This document shows positions 11,705-26,379 of a stretch of 64,000 bases of DNA, one piece after another (positions within the stretch are counted from its first letter, which is position 1; each line of letters starts with the position of its first letter). The position numbers were made by a program, and so were the translations under genes. The DNA is taken from the NCBI RefSeq assembly GCF_036321535.1, contig NC_087437.1, positions 28,708,001 to 28,772,000 of the forward strand. The letters are read 5' to 3'. The notes beneath the pieces were generated by a model, which saw nothing but the letters and a program-made list of their open reading frames with translations, was not told the DNA's origin and made no database searches. Origin of the DNA: Camelus dromedarius (Eukaryota).

Positions 11705-13710
11705 TAGATTTTGTCTTTCTGTTCTGTCCTGGGCCCTTACCTATCTCTTTCCTCATTTTATTTGCCAGTGCCACAGCAGGCGGGTGTGAGCTGAATCACT
11801 CCTGGGGTTACCATCTTCTCGGACTGCAAACAAAGCAGTACCCTCTGGAGTTGTGCAGTACGTTGGCACCTACAGGTCTGCCCCTGGACAGGCAGCTTGA
11901 TACCCGTTTGTGAATTAAAAAGTGGAGAGAATGTGATGGCCACCACTATGCTGCACTAAATTTCGTAGTGTTAATTTTGTCAAGGAATATGAATTGTTTG
12001 AAGTAACAGGCAGGGACACTCACCACTCTCCTAATGAGGAAGACTTTGAATTTTTTTAAGTGGACATGTAAGGCTTTTATTTTGACAATAGCTTTATGAG
12101 GTATACATGGATGCAGGAAATAATAACAGTAGTAAATGAAATATTTGAATTGAGAATTCCTTCTCTATTACTCTTTAAAACACTCCATCATATTAGAAAA
12201 AAAAGACAGTATATTTCAAATTGTAAAGTACAAGAATGCTGACCTTGTAGATGAGACAAGAGCTATTATCAGAGCATAGTCCATGGATCAGATCAGAGAC
12301 TTATTTCACATTTCTTTGATTATTGTGCAAAGTTTTTAATGAAACTGCTGTGAAGTGACACATAGCATATAGTGACAGGTCAATAACTTTATCTGAGGTA
12401 TCTCAATAACCACGGCCAATGTTTACTCATTCATTTAAAAAAATGTATTGAGCCCTAAGGTTAAGAGCTAAGAATGACCCCTGTAGTACTGAAACTGAGT
12501 GGAACACCACTTACTAAGATTTGAGGCTTTGAGAATGTACAGTAAACATTTTCAATACATATTTTAAGAAGAAAAGCTTCTGTCGGTAAGAGACAGAGAT
12601 ATAGTGTTCGGAATGACACTGAAAAGATGACCAGGCACCATCTTACCTTTCACCTATTTCCAGGCTCAAAGGAAAGGCTATGCAGTCGACACCAAGGTGA
12701 CCACCGCAGTCTTTGGGAATTTCCATGCTGTTGTCCCTCACTGCCTGCTTCAGAGTGTCTTCAGTTACTTCTCCTCAATCCAGCTACCATCTCAGGTTAA
12801 AGAGTTTTCATCACTGAGAATTCTCAAAGTAATATTTCATGGGAAATTATAAAAGACAAACCCAAATCTTTGAACATTAGAACTATTTTTATAAAAGTTA
12901 AATACCTCCCCCAATTGCTCCTTTGTAAAAGGTTTATCCTTAAGATTTTAGAACTTTTAAATAAATGTGGGCTGAGGCCAAAGGAAAAAAAATGTTCATT
13001 GTGGTGTAGGCAATGTAAAAGCAGATCTCTGAAACAGAATTTTCCAGCTACCAATCAATATTGCAGAATTATTGAGATATTTGAATGAATTTATTGAAAT
13101 GTTGCAGAATTTTTTCATTTAGGCTTTGGCACCTGATAGGATCTAAATATTTGGTCTCCAGAAATATGTCCCTTATAACTGGGGACTGGCTTGTTCCAAG
13201 TCAGATTGGTTTGCGATCCCACCAAAGCAGTTTATAATCTTAATTTTTCATCATTCACATCACACTGTCATAACTGCTGTATTTCAAAGAAAAGTGATCC
13301 AAATCCCAAAGTCCTAAAATGGTTGATATGCTCAGAGAAATTCAAAAAATCCTCTTGAGGCCTGGCTGATTAGTCAATTCTATTCATCTCAGAAACTAAA
13401 GTCTTAGGAACATCTGATACTCTTTGGAATTTTGAGTTTGGGAAGTCAGTGTAACCAATGTCATGTGATGCCAGGATTCAGTGTGTAAATCCAGATTGTG
13501 ATAAATGTCATAAAATCACAGCATCCAGACTGTAGAGAAATAAACACCCCACTCTCTGTCAAGAGAGTGATGCAGCTGATTAATGAAAGCCACGCTGGGA
13601 CTGCAGATAGGTTGAAGGCAATTTAGTTGTTTGTCTCTATTTTTCAATCTCAAAAGTTAATACATAATCTGTGTCCCCATTTAGAGGAAAGGAGGTTCTC
13701 TAAAGAGACA

Positions 13711-14085
13711 TTGTAGACAGAGAGGAGCCACCCAGATCACCCCAGTGGACAGTCTCCAGTTGTCAGCTTCTTAGGGTTTGATGCATCTGCAGAAAGGAAG
13801 CCTGCTCAAGCACACATTTTTCCCAGGCAGGACACAGACAATGACTGCTCAAGATGGGGTATAAAGACCCAGCCACTTCAGCCCAATGTGGGTCACCTCT
13901 GATGGGCCATGTACACTCCCAAGCTCTCCAAGGGGACTTTTTCCTCTGCCCCCTCCTGCGTCCTACCTGTCTCTCCCTTCCAAATATGTCGATACCTAAT
14001 AAACACTGCCAAAAATAAATTTGCCAAAATTCCATCTCACTGTCTGATGCTGGAAATCAGAACTTCAACAGAAGATAGAGTAGCA
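13711..14085 (+). mobile_element. ERVL LTR (LTR16-like)
   Basis: GGGGTATAAAGACCCAGCCACTTCAGCCCAATGTGGGTCACCTCTGATGGGCC with a TATA box and a downstream AATAAAC. Confidence 0.65.
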
Positions 14086-15204
14086 TTGGAGGTATATACT
14101 ATCCTGTGTTAGTCTGAGAGAATTACGAAAACCACACACCTATATACAATTAAGAGAGACTGTATTATCAAACACAAAGAGCCAGATTTATTTATTATAA
14201 TTTTGCAAATCTCTCATCAACCTCTCAGTTATAATTTCCCATCAACCTCTCAATCAAAGCTCACAGGAGAATCAGAAACTGTTGACAACTTCTTATCTTT
14301 CTTGTAACACCTCCTCTTTTACTATAAACTTGCCAATTTAAATAGTAATATTTTAAAAGAGAATTCAATTAAGACAAATAAAAGCAGCTGAAAAAATATT
14401 GTAATGTGGAAGTCTTGGGAAGAAATATACAGAATTCTAAGAATGTGAAAGGAATTGCAGAAAACACTTCCATTAATTCAAGCCAAATATAAAGCATTTT
14501 GATATGAATGATCTATTGAGGATCTTGTCTTTGCATGAACAATTCAATGAACTTGTTATTTATTTAATACCTACAATGTGTCAGGTTTGCTGTTAGGTGT
14601 AGCAAGAGTTACAACAAAGTGACAGCAAAAGGTTAATGCTCTCAGATGCAAATGAAATAATGGAACACATTAATTGCAACTTCAAATGCTGTGGGGTTCC
14701 CAGAGAGAAAGAGAGAGAGAGACAGAGATTGGTGATTTGTTTGAGGGATGAAGGATAAAGGAAAGCTTCATGGAGCAGATGTATCTGAGACAGGCTATAA
14801 AAAGTGAGTAAAATTCTGCCAGGTAGGATATGGAGTGAAAGTTAAGACCACAGCCTGCGTTAATGGAAAAGAAGCACATCCAGAGCTTTACTTGACTTCC
14901 TTTGGTCCCAGTGTCTCACCCATAAAGAGAACTCAGACAAGATTAGGGCTTTTCAAACTACATCTCTTGAAACACAGTTAACCCATCAAATAGTTCTTCT
15001 AGGTTAACTTGTTGGAGGGCAGTCCTTGGAAAAAAGGATCTATAATCTATTAGCATATATACTTGAACTTCTTGCAAATGTGCAAAGATAAGGAAGACTT
15101 GTTTTCTTTTTCTTTTTTAAAAATTCAGGCCTGTGCTTGCTCTTTCAAATAAAACTGCATGAGTATGTACACTGCCACAGCACACGGATGCCAAATCTAA
15201 TTAA

Positions 15205-15460
15205 GTGTTAGCCCGGGCTGGATGCTTCGCTCTGCGCACGTGCTCACCAGCTCCTAGCAGTAGTTGTGCAATAGCAAGGGAGGGGGTAGCATGCCAAGTC
15301 GTGATGATATCTTTTACAGGTTCTATCTGAAAGTTCTGTAAGCTTCTTGTCTGACTATTATTTTTGCAAAGGGGAATGTGAGCAGATGGCAGATGTTGTC
15401 TGGGATTTAACTTCGAAATAAAAATGGCCAACTGCTTCCTGTTTCCAGGGTCTCGATTAG
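15205..15460. promoter_or_regulatory. Candidate enhancer (motif cluster in non-repeat, CpG-retaining sequence)
   Basis: TGCGCAC overlapping E-box CACGTG (15233-15242), two CAGATG E-boxes (~15383, ~15390), YY1-like AAAATGGC (15421) and ETS-like CTTCCTGT (15435-15442). Confidence 0.3.
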
Positions 15461-17612
15461 AGCAAATTGAAGAGTAGTCTTAGAATGAGAGGTAAAGTGG
15501 CAAATGAAGATGACTGTTTGCAACTACATATTTTTGTGGAATTGTGTAACTTTAACAAAATACAAAAGTAAATGAGATGTTGAGGTTGACATGACCATAA
15601 ACGTCACCTATGTCACTCCAATTTTTAACTTCTTACATTTATCAACACTGGCTCATTGTTCTCATTTAATGATGTTGAAATTTTTTTAAGTTATACTTTG
15701 GATGTGTTCATTATCTCTGCACAGATAAAACAACAATTCTGGTTGTTTTAAATAACTGGAGCCCTGTGTATAATTTTACTTGAAAAAAAAATGACTGGTT
15801 TAAAAGTTTAGAAGCCTCTTTGAGATTCCTTCCATACAGATAATTTAATGGTCTCTTCTGATTTTAAAGAGTTCTCCTATTCCCAGTGTGTTTGCAACAA
15901 GTAAATGGATGAAAAACAGTCCCCATTATTATTATGCATAAAATAAAAACAGAGCAAGGTGGCTTTTTTTCACTGCTAAAATTTTGATAGAAAAAAAATT
16001 AAGTGAAGCAAAAATAGCACAATTATCATAGTTTATGAAGGAAGATTAGTGAGTGCCAACTCATGTCTAGAGCAGTGATTGACATATAGTAGATATTCAT
16101 TAAGTGTTTGTTGGATAAATGAGGATTCAAGAATATTAATTCCTAGTGGGGATAGGAAGGAAAAGCCAAATACACAGCAATCAGGGTGTAGAGATCATTT
16201 GTTTATTCAACTAAAACTAAGAAAAGTATGAGTCAATAGAAAGAAGTTTCCAAATATTTGAAAATAAAATGAGAATAACAGTGAGCTCAATAAAAACTGG
16301 AAATCCTTATGATATCCAAAATAGAGTTTCCTATCTAAAGTGAAGTTTTGAATCGCTAGACTATAATAATGATTTTGTTAAAATAGAACATATTTTAAAA
16401 CTAAAGAAAACCCCGAACTCCTCATATTTCAGAGAAGAGTTGAGGAAAAGAGAAGATGTAACAAAATCTACAAATGAAGGGATAATTAAATGTAATTACT
16501 AACATTTTAGTACAACGCAGATAGTAATTTCTGGGAAGCCTGTTGGAAAAAAATGTATGGCAGAATTAAACATAAGAGAATATCTATAAAGATATTGAGG
16601 TTATGGAAGTCAATAAAAACATCAATTTCTAATGAGCGGTTTCCTTCCCTTGGGAGGATTAACCTTTCCAAAAAGAACCAGTGAAACTTTCCACAAGATG
16701 GATAGCAGGGAAATGATGGAAGAGCAGGAGAAAGATTGATCACATCTTTAATATGGGATCATAAAGCTTACAGCTAAAGGTGCAAGCCCAAAACTCATCT
16801 GTTTCTAAATCTTGCTTTTAACAAGAGAAGCAGCTGTATTCCCACTTACAGATGAGATTACTAAAGTCTAGAAAGATTTGTGAGCAAAAAAACCCAAAAA
16901 ACAAAACAGTGCAGCTTTTTAATGTAGCACTTTCTACTTCCACTTCTAATTTGAATTTTATTTTGAAATTTTATTGTCAAAATATAATTGTCAAGAGCTA
17001 TTAAGAATGTCAGAAGATTGTTTGCTTTACTGTTTTGTCAGTTCTTCCAATCATATTTAGCTTAATGTTAGTTAAATATCATAAGATGTACTCAGTGGTT
17101 ATCTATCATTTAATGGGGGAGGGAGAACTCTGTACCATCACTCCATCTTGCTATGACTCCTCTCTGCCCTTTCAGGGGTCTCCAGACCACCTCCTTCATG
17201 GTGTGTGGTCTTGGTGGGAGTTGATGCCAGTCTCCCACAGTGGATGCCCCAGACCCGCCCCCCACCCTGCCGAGTGTATGCAAAGAAGCTGACACAGTTA
17301 AATAAATGCCCTTGCTTCCCGGCTCTTCATGGCTCCCAGGGTCTCTCTCATTTAATAGTCAAAGCCTCCAGCCTCCCCTTGCTCGCTCCCTCACAGTTTA
17401 TCACAGTTCATCAATGAATTCCCTTTACCTTAAGTTAGCCAAGGTCATTTTAAGATGCTTGTAGCCAAGGACATTGAAAGTCACAATATTTATTGAGGAA
17501 AGACAACGGTCACCTTCTCAAAGTAATATTAATCCTTCAGACCTTGGACAGTCTTTAGTGATACTTTAACCAATCCACACATATTGTGATGGAAGGAGCA
17601 AAGGCTAAAGAG

Positions 17613-18378
17613 TATTGTGGGCTGAACTGTGTCTGCCACAAATTCATATTGAAGCCCTAACCCCCAGTACCTCAGAATGTGACTCTACTTGCAGAGACGC
17701 TCTTGAAAAATGTAGTTAAGTTAACATGGCGTCATCAGGCTAGACCCTAATCCAATGACTGGTGTCCTTATGAAAGGAGGAAATGAGGACACACATGGGA
17801 ACACCAGTCCTGTGCATGCACAGAAAGTTGGCCATGTGAACACATGAAGAGAAAACACCTGCTATAGAATGAATGTTTGTACCCCCTCAATATTCAAAAC
17901 ATTGGAACACAATCTCCAACGTGATGGCATTTGGAGGGGAGGCCTTTGGGAGGTAACTAGGCCAGAAGGGCAGAGCCCCATGAACAGGATTAGTGCTCTT
18001 ATAAAAGACACCTTAGAGCCCTCTACCCTTCCTCCGTGTGAGGACGCAGGAAGAAGACAGCCCTCTGTGAATCAGGAAGCAGCCTCTCCCCAGATTCTGA
18101 CTCTGCCGGCACCGTGATCTTGGACATCTGAACCTCTGGGACGGTGAGAAATAAGCACTTGTTTAATAAGCCACCCAGTGCATGGTATTTTTCAGTAACG
18201 GCCTGAACTGACTAAGCATCCACCTGCACACCCAGGAGAGAAGATTCAGAGGAAATCAAACCTGACAACACCTTGAACTTGGACTCCTACCCTTCAGAAC
18301 CCTGGGAAAACAAATCTCTGTAGGTTAAGCCGCCTGGTCTTCGGTATTTTGTTAGGGCAGCCCTAGCAAACTGATACG
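17613..18378 (+). mobile_element. MaLR LTR (MLT1-type) containing a nested second MaLR LTR at ~17860-18218
   Basis: Outer LTR: TGTGGGCTGAACTGTGTC...CCCTAACCCCCAGTACCTCAGAATGTGAC ... GGCAGCCCTAGCAAACTGATAC. Inner LTR: TGCTATAGAATGAATGTTTGTACCCC ... GCCTGAACTGACTAAGCA. Confidence 0.88.
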
Positions 18379-19554
18379 AAGGACTGATACTGGGTTGCCC
18401 AACACTGGGCTGTTGGCCAAGGCAAAGGCTGGACCCACATCCAAATCTGAGAAGGCCCAGTCTAGTGCTCATGCTGATCCACGCATGCGGCAGTGAATGT
18501 GGGTCGTATGTATTATGATTATCATAAATCTTATGTCTAGCAATGTTTTGGTTAATAATGTGATTGACCAGCATGTCACTTAACATTTCCAGTTATACTT
18601 ACCAATCTGTAAAAATGGCTCTAGATCTGAGACTGAATACAAGAATATGGCACATCACTTATACTAACATTCACACACAAAAGGGCTATTTTCAGATTCC
18701 CAGTTCACATGAAAATCTATTAAATTTGGATAAAGATTTGTTTTTCAAGACCTACATTCCAGAGTATGATTCAGTGGGTCTTAAGACCACACTCATCTGT
18801 GATTTTAGAAATAAATTACATTCTAAGTTTTTACCAAACAGGTTTACAGCTTCTGCCAAAGTCCATAATCAATTTTTTAAACTCATTTTATAACTTAAAT
18901 GCTGTTAGATGTTACCAAAGGAATAATGCCAAATATAAATACACGGAAAAGATAGGAAATGCAGCCTATCCTTAATTCAGTGGAAAATGAAGGTGAGTAA
19001 AAGCTTCTCCAGGGAAATGAATTGATTCAATTAACTGTCTTAGTTAAATTAATCCCACTAGAGAACCAAACACTATCTAATGCTCTAGAAATAGTAACTT
19101 TCTAAATGGCCCCTCTGGTCTCCCAGCAAGTAATATAATATAGGTAGGTAAGCACACGTGCCCTAAAGTGTTTTATCCATTGTAGGTTAAAGGAGGCTAA
19201 ATCAAAATACTCTTATTTTCTGTTCTGTCCTTGAAAGCAGCTCAGTATCTGGGATACTGCTGTCAGGTGAATCATTGTCAGAAGTTTACAATAAAGTTCC
19301 CTTTAAGCTATCCTCACAAGTGAGAAAGTAGCCCCATCTAGTTTCTTACTAAGTACCCTTCCTTAACTTTCCCTATGTAGTCCATTAGCAGGTCATGCAT
19401 ACTTGTATGAAGCAAAGCAGGACTTCTCTTCAACAGATTAAGTGGAAAAGAGAAAGGTGGCCATGCCATGCCTTGACACTTCTACAGGAGATCTGAATTG
19501 ATGAAGATTTGAACATGATGCCCTAGGAAACTAAAGTGGGTGATGTGTCCTAGT

Positions 19555-20660
19555 GTAAATACGTATGGAAGACTCTGTGCTAAGATGTCAGTTCTTCCCA
19601 AATTGATCAAGAGTCAATGTAATCCCTATTGAAAGGAAACATCAGTACTCATTCTTGTAGAAATTGAGAGACTGATTTTAAATTTCAAACAGAAATGCAA
19701 AAAAAAAAAAAAAAAACAAAAAAAAACAACCAACAAACCCTAGAATAACTAAAAAGAATGAAGTTGGAGGACTAACACCATCTGGCTATGAGGCAAATTA
19801 TAAATATGTATGTATAAAACTATAAACATATTACACAGTGTGGCATCAGCATCAAGATAGACAAATACATTAAAGGAAAAGAACAGAGTCCAGAAGAGAC
19901 CCACAGATATATGTACACTGACTCCTGACAAAAGCTTAAAGGCAAGTCAGTGAAGAAAGGCTAGAGTTTTCAACAAGTAATGGTAGAACAATTAGATATT
20001 GATATCTGTATTTTGCACTATGTACAAAAATTAACTTAAAATGGACAATAAACCTAATGTAAAGTTTAAACTTATAAAACTTTTAGGAGAAAATTTTGTG
20101 ACCTTGGGTTAGGCAGTGATTTCTTTGCTATAACACTAAAAGTAGAAACCCCAGAGGAAAAAATGCATAAATTGCACTTCGTCAAAATTTGAAACTTCTG
20201 CTTTTCAAAAAATACTGCTAAAAGACAAGCCACAGACTGGGAGAAAATATTTGCAAAGCAAATATCTGAAAGAGGGCTTATATCCAGAATATATTCATAA
20301 CTTTGAAACCTCAATAATAGAAAAGGCCAGTTTTAAAAATGGACCAATTTGTTGAGCAGACATCTCACAAAGAAGATATGTGGATAACAAACAAGCACTT
20401 GGAAGGATGCTCAATGTCACTTGACGTTATGGAAATGCAAAATCAAACCACAATGAGATATCACTATGCACCTATAAAATGGCCAAAATTAAGACTGATC
20501 ATACCAAATGTTGGTGAGGATATAGAACTGAACTCACACATTGCTGGTGGGGATGTAAAGTGCTACAGTCACTTCAGAAAACAGTTGGACAGTTTCTTCA
20601 AATGTTAAACATACACTTATCATTTAACCTTGGCATCCATTTCTGGTATTTTCCTAAAAA
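19555..20660 (+). mobile_element. Old L1M ORF2 3' region
   Basis: AAGATGTCAGTTCTTCCCAAATTGATC, AAAAGACAAGCCACAGACTGGGAGAAAATATTTGCAA, and the peptide EMQNQTTMRYHYAP. Confidence 0.92.
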
Positions 20661-22304
20661 CTAATGAGGAAATAGGGGAAACTACTGGGAGCATCTCACA
20701 CACACACACCAAACACACACACACAGACACACACACACCAAACACACACACACACACACATTTCTAATTGACTCGACTGACTTAATTCTTAATTCTCCAC
20801 TTCCTGTACAATAACAGAAAGTATTCTTAAAATATTGATTGGACCATCATCACTTGGCTTTAAAAGTCTTTAAAACACTTATTAACTTCCTACAACTCAA
20901 CATTCTCAAACTTCTAGAGGCTCATAAAAAACACCAAATGCATCTCCCAAAAGTGCTTTCTTCCATTTCAGTTCCCCAGATTTGATTTGAGAGTAAATCC
21001 ATCTTCAAATGGCTAAGCACTCCAAATCAGTTCAGGGGGAGACAAGGGACTGAATGTGTAACTTTTCTATTTTCAAACCACTTTGTTCATAAGTATTAAC
21101 TTAACAGCTATTTCTGGATCAATCAGATTCAAACTGAGGTCTCTTAAAATGTTTTTAACCATTTTCATTCTTTCAATTTTGAAAGTAAAAAAAAAACTTC
21201 AATTTGACCTAAATTATATCATTTTATGCTCTTCAGCAGAATAATTCAGAATGAGTCAAGCTTTCTAAATCTGTTCTCTTCTTACTTCTGTTCTTTATCC
21301 CATGAAGCCTCGTGACTATTTCTCCTCGTATGTGACCAGCTCAGGACCCCCACCAGGCTCAGCTGTTGCCTACACAACAGCTCCATCACATTCCCCTCCC
21401 TTTGCACTTTACTTTCCCTAGCATTGCCATTTCCCTTCTGCCTCTTGTCCCTTTCTACAACCTGCTTATCCCACCTACTCGGCCCTAATCGCAAACCAAT
21501 TCAGTATCTTCGGTGCTCGAATTCTGCTGGAGAAACCACACCCCCATGCCGGGAGGCGCCCAGACGCCCACTCACAGCCGGGCTGCAGCCCTCCCTGGCC
21601 AATCACTTATGTGTTCCTAGTAAGTGGTCTCTGCCACCACTCGCGATGGCAAGTCACAGCCATCTGGAAATCATCTAGCTGTCCTTTCCTTCTCTGCCGC
21701 CCTTCCATCCTACTCCCTCTATGTGAAAGGGACGCCAGCAAAGATGAAGTGGGCTTTAATTCAGGATCAAATATTTGAATTGGCATTATCTGATAGTTTC
21801 CTGGGCTTTAATCCCTGGAAGCTTGCTACAGGAACCACGCCAAGGCATCAAGAAATATGCAAAAGAGAACAAGGAGAAAGGTATGATGTTAGGTGAGAGG
21901 AGAATGAGATTGTCTGGGGGGAATTACAAAGACAAAACCATCAGTTAAAGCCTTGAAATAGAACTAGGACAAAAGAGGGATACAGGCTTTTCTGGTGAGA
22001 GAAACAGTAATGCAAAAGCATGGAAGCACACGCTCATCTGGGGCGCTCAGTAGCCAGAACACAGAGCCCGAGAGAGTGGGAAGCAGTGGGAAGGGGTAAG
22101 GTTGCAGTGGAAGTTGGAAGCCTCTTTTATGCCAGGTTAGGACGTTTTCACTTCAGCCTAGGGTAATGGCCATTAAAGAAAAAATACAAAGATGCACAGG
22201 TTTCTTTCTTGGAGTAGTAAGTGACGACAGTAGGATGATAGGCTGGGAGACTGGTGGCAAGGAACAGGACTGGCCACATGGGCACCCGGCCAGTGGAGTC
22301 ATAC

Positions 22305-23116
22305 CAGACCCAGCGCTGCGTGCGCAAAAGGGCTTCACAGTAGGGATTTAAGGCTTTGTGGTTTCTGTCTTGATATTCAAAATTACAATTATAACAACAG
22401 AGGCTATGCTGTGGGCTTGGAGCCTCAGTTCATAGGCATTTTTCTCCTGCCACCCCTCTGCCTTCAAAGCAGGGCAACACCCGACCCACCCCACCATGAC
22501 TAGTACTGCCATCTCATCCCACCCCACCCCTCACTCTTGTGACCTGGGCAAGGGCATGGGGTGGGAGGGTCAAGGACAAATGCCCCAGGGCATGATGGGG
22601 CAGGACAAGGCAGTGATTATTGCCTGCCCTGAGCTGGAAGGGCCATGATCTGCTTGGCAAGCAGCCCAGCCAGGGTGAGCCTCTTACCCACCCCCAATCC
22701 TGGGATCAGGCACGTCGCATCTTGGAAGTTGCTGTCTCTTGAAGGTCAACTGTCTACTACAGGCTGAGGACAAGACCCAGTAGGAAGGGGAGATGCTGGC
22801 TGACTTCCCTGCCCCTGGCTGGGGCATACTGCATTTCTGATCCCCAGAGGCATGGGTCCGGTAGCTGGAGGAAGGAGGATCCCAGTGATTGGTGGGCTAC
22901 TTGAGTGTGTATGTACGGAGTAGTGGGTGGGGCACTGAGGTGCTGTGAGGGTTGGTGCTGGGCCTCAGGGAATATGACATTAAACATCACTATAAAATAC
23001 CATGATAAGTCAAGGGAGAGAGACCATGGAAGAAAGGGAAATGTTTTATATGTTAGTACCCTTAAAGGCACATTTTCATTTTGCCCTGGGCCCCACAAGC
23101 CATGTAGCTGGGCCTG
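22305..23116. mobile_element. MER45-like hAT-Tip100 DNA element
   Basis: Termini CAGACCCAGC ... GCTGGGCCTG and the sub-terminal TTTTCATTTTGCCCTGGGCCCCACA typical of MER45. The left boundary is uncertain. Confidence 0.55.
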
Positions 23117-23434
23117 GGAGAAGCTGGTTGCACTGTTATGTGGTCCAAGCAGAGCCCAGGGTGAGAGGAATGGAATCAATTCTGCTTACTCTGCATTAAG
23201 TCTCCAAAGTCTCATCAGCTCCTACATCACTTGATTCTTCAAAAACACCGCTGTGCACATCGCATTATATTTAGAAGTTCCCAGTCAGCTTCACTTTATT
23301 CCACTGAACTGTGTTCTCCTTCAGAGAGAATATCTTTCCGGTTAAGTACAGCATGATCTCAGCCCTCAAAGAGGACAAAATAACGAGTCCTTAAAACATG
23401 GTTTTTACAATAGTAGAGGGTCTCACAGAGGTAG

Positions 23435-23436
<2 letters not shown>

Positions 23437-23481
<45 letters not shown>
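23437..23481. repeat. (GT)n microsatellite
   Basis: Pure dinucleotide run. Others: interrupted (CA)n 20697-20760, (TG)n 47279-47307, (GTT)n 28087-28128, compound (ATT)(AGT)(AGC) 9119-9158 and poly-T 2267-2294. Confidence 0.97.
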
Positions 23482-23483
<2 letters not shown>

Positions 23484-26379
23484 CTGGTTGAGTCAGTGTA
23501 GTAGTGGAAGGTCCCATTGCCCTAATGCCAGAAGCCTTTATCCTGTTTTTCATCCAAAGGCTGTTACTTAATCAGAGAAAGAGGTTGGGATCATGAAAAT
23601 GTTAATGATAAAGCTTCAGCCCTCCTTTCTTGTAGTTTAATAAAAGGTCCACCTTGCTAGAAAAAAGTCCACACATGAGGAGCTTCTGAACAGGAAAAGT
23701 CTGCTGCCTTCAATTTCCTTCCAAGAAATGAAGGGCTGAGGGCAGAAAAACGAAGGGGATTGGTTCTTTAGAGAGAAAACTTTCATTATTTTTGTGTTTG
23801 GGATAGTGACTATTTTCTTCCCTATGACCTAACATTTTAAAACAACTAAGATATGACCTCAGCAACAAGTATAAAATATTCTGACAAGTCAATACCTTTG
23901 GTTAGCATTCCCTGAGCCTTATCACTTTTTGTGGTGTCACTCCAGTCCTGTGGAAGCAGACCGAAAGCATATCGAAAGGATTTCATGTCAGTAAAGGACA
24001 AAAAAGATACATAAAGCAAGTAAAGGACAAAAGGACAGCATTATTTAAAAATGTAGTGTAGTCAGAGGAACAGGGAAGAACAACAGAAAGACCTGGAAAA
24101 GAGCCTTTGCAGGCAAAATTTGTTGGCACTTTTGAGCTAAAAAGAATCTGATAACACCCCTAAACAAAGAAATTAAGGTACAGTGCAATTTGGAACCTTA
24201 AAGAGAAATGCAGAGGGTTTGGAAAAGGTGCTACAGGGCCTAAGACACAATTCTAGTATGTAATACTGGTTGTAGCAAAACATAGGAGAGTCAACGTTTG
24301 CTGTGGATCCCTGTGGCTCTGAGACTTTGGGCAAGGTTTAACCTCTCAAATCCTTAACTTCCTATCCATGAAAAGAGGCTGATAATAGTACTTGCCTCAT
24401 AAATTGGTGTTAAGGGTTAGAAATACTTAATGTGAGTAAAAGACTTAGCTCAGTGTCTGGCATGTATTAAGTGCTCATCATATGTTACCTATTATTATAA
24501 AAGGCAAGGGTTAGTGAGAAAAATCTCGAAATTGCTTTTGTTTTTAATGGAACTGAAACTGAGTGTAGGTTTTGAGTTAGTCATTTCTGTAACGATTAAA
24601 AGCTAAATCTTCCATTTAGTTCACCAGCTATCTCTCTTTCCCAACATCTTGTTTTCCTATAGAAGTTTAATAACAATATGCAAATCCCTTTTTCTCTGAG
24701 GCTTTGTGTGCTTAGGGAAACAATATATTTTTCTATTTCTGAGTTTGTTTTCAATTAAATACCTACACATTTATCTTTTAAAGAAATGGGTAGTGAATGT
24801 CAATACTCTCAAACAAACGTTAGGAATTTTTTTCATGAAAAGAGGAAGGACTGGGTTACAAATATTTAAATGAGCTTAAACTCTACCTGGTTGGGGGGCT
24901 CAGTCCTCCTGTTTTGCTTTGAGACCTGGCTTCAATGATGCACCTACACATATTTAATTTCACTTTAAAAACTACGCCTAGTAAGTATGATTATAAAAGA
25001 AATAGTGACTAGTTATTTCTTCAAAGGAGCAGAGTATAATTGAAAGTTATTTATAAAGGGAATAAAAACAACTCTGTTTAATCACTGCTATTGTTAGTGG
25101 GGGTGAAATCAGATATAAACCTTGTTCTTTGAGAAAGAATGACATCTCTTCAGAACTGCCAGGAGAGCCTGACCCAGATTACTTCTAGAACTAGAATTTC
25201 TGTTCTTTTTCTATATTATTATTAAAAAGAAAGTTGTAAACTTTTCTAAAGTCCGACATAATAACTGGCATTTACAGCTATAGCTACAAGTGACAAAGAG
25301 CCGTATTTCATGGAGAAAAAAAGGCAAAACAGCCTTTCTGTATGCTCTTGTGATACTGACTAACTAGAAAAGGGAGAGTCTCATGTTATATTAATTACCT
25401 GTGATTTTTTAAAAAAATTGATTCTTCTTTTGCACGATGATGAAAGGGGCTGTGGTTTTCTTTTACTAAAAGGTATGTGTGTTTATTGCTGGTGTCTTTG
25501 TAAAGACAGAGCTGAGGGTTGTGCTCCATCTTCCTGTAATTCACCAGGCACAGGCTTTGTTGTCCTTAAGCCGAGTGCCAAGCTGACATCACTCCTCGTC
25601 CTGGTGGAGCTCCAGCTGGATGAACTGTGGGGCATGTGCCCTGACTTCATGTTCAGCATCAGGGTCAAAGCACAGGGAGGGCTGACAATGATCCCACTGT
25701 GAGCTCGTTATGGAAATGCCACCATGCTTCTCCATCAAGCTTGGTGTCCACTGTACCAGCCCCCACCCCTCTCCTTCCCAGCGAGGTTCTGTATCAAGCA
25801 AGCTTTATAATGCAACCCAGATGGGTGAGGAAGTGAGGAAGAATGAGGGGGAATATAACTCAGAACAGTTATTAGTTCTGTTTCATCCAAAAGTGGCGAA
25901 TCTTGTTTTTCCTGCTTCTGTAATTTCTGCCATCTAGAACGAAATTAAATGTCATTTTACACATAAGGTAACAGGGCCACATAATGTTCAAAGTACTGGT
26001 GCTGGGAGTAGAAACCAGGAATTCTCTAACCTGTTCAGACTCTGACTACCATATATTATTTTGGAACTCCTTAACACATGCTAAATCTGTCGCCTTGGTT
26101 GAGAGAACTTATCTGTCTATGCAGAGTTGCCAAGTCCCACCACATACAACAACGTTTGTATTTCTATGGAACTCAAATCATCATCTTTATTCTATACACG
26201 AGAAAACTGGTGCCCAAAGAGGCTAAACAAGTGGCACAGCATAACTGGAATGCTTTTTGGCTTGAGTCTGAGGCCAGTGGGTTAAGCCATTATACACTAT
26301 GGTGCCTACACTGCTGAGCTCTGGAGTCTGGCTCTGAATCCTTGTTCAGCCACCTTGGCCCCCCAAGGTGACAGGCATT

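Noticed and set aside
12647..12796. Exon-like unit (132-nt open frame on +; GTAAGA donor on -)
   Set aside because: The plus-strand donor GTTAAA is weak, the minus frame has an upstream stop, and no neighbouring exons or recognisable protein support it.
25418..25937. Cluster of overlapping ORFs ending at a minus-strand AATAAA
   Set aside because: There is no convincing acceptor or protein similarity. It may be an old LTR-like or simply GC-richer patch.
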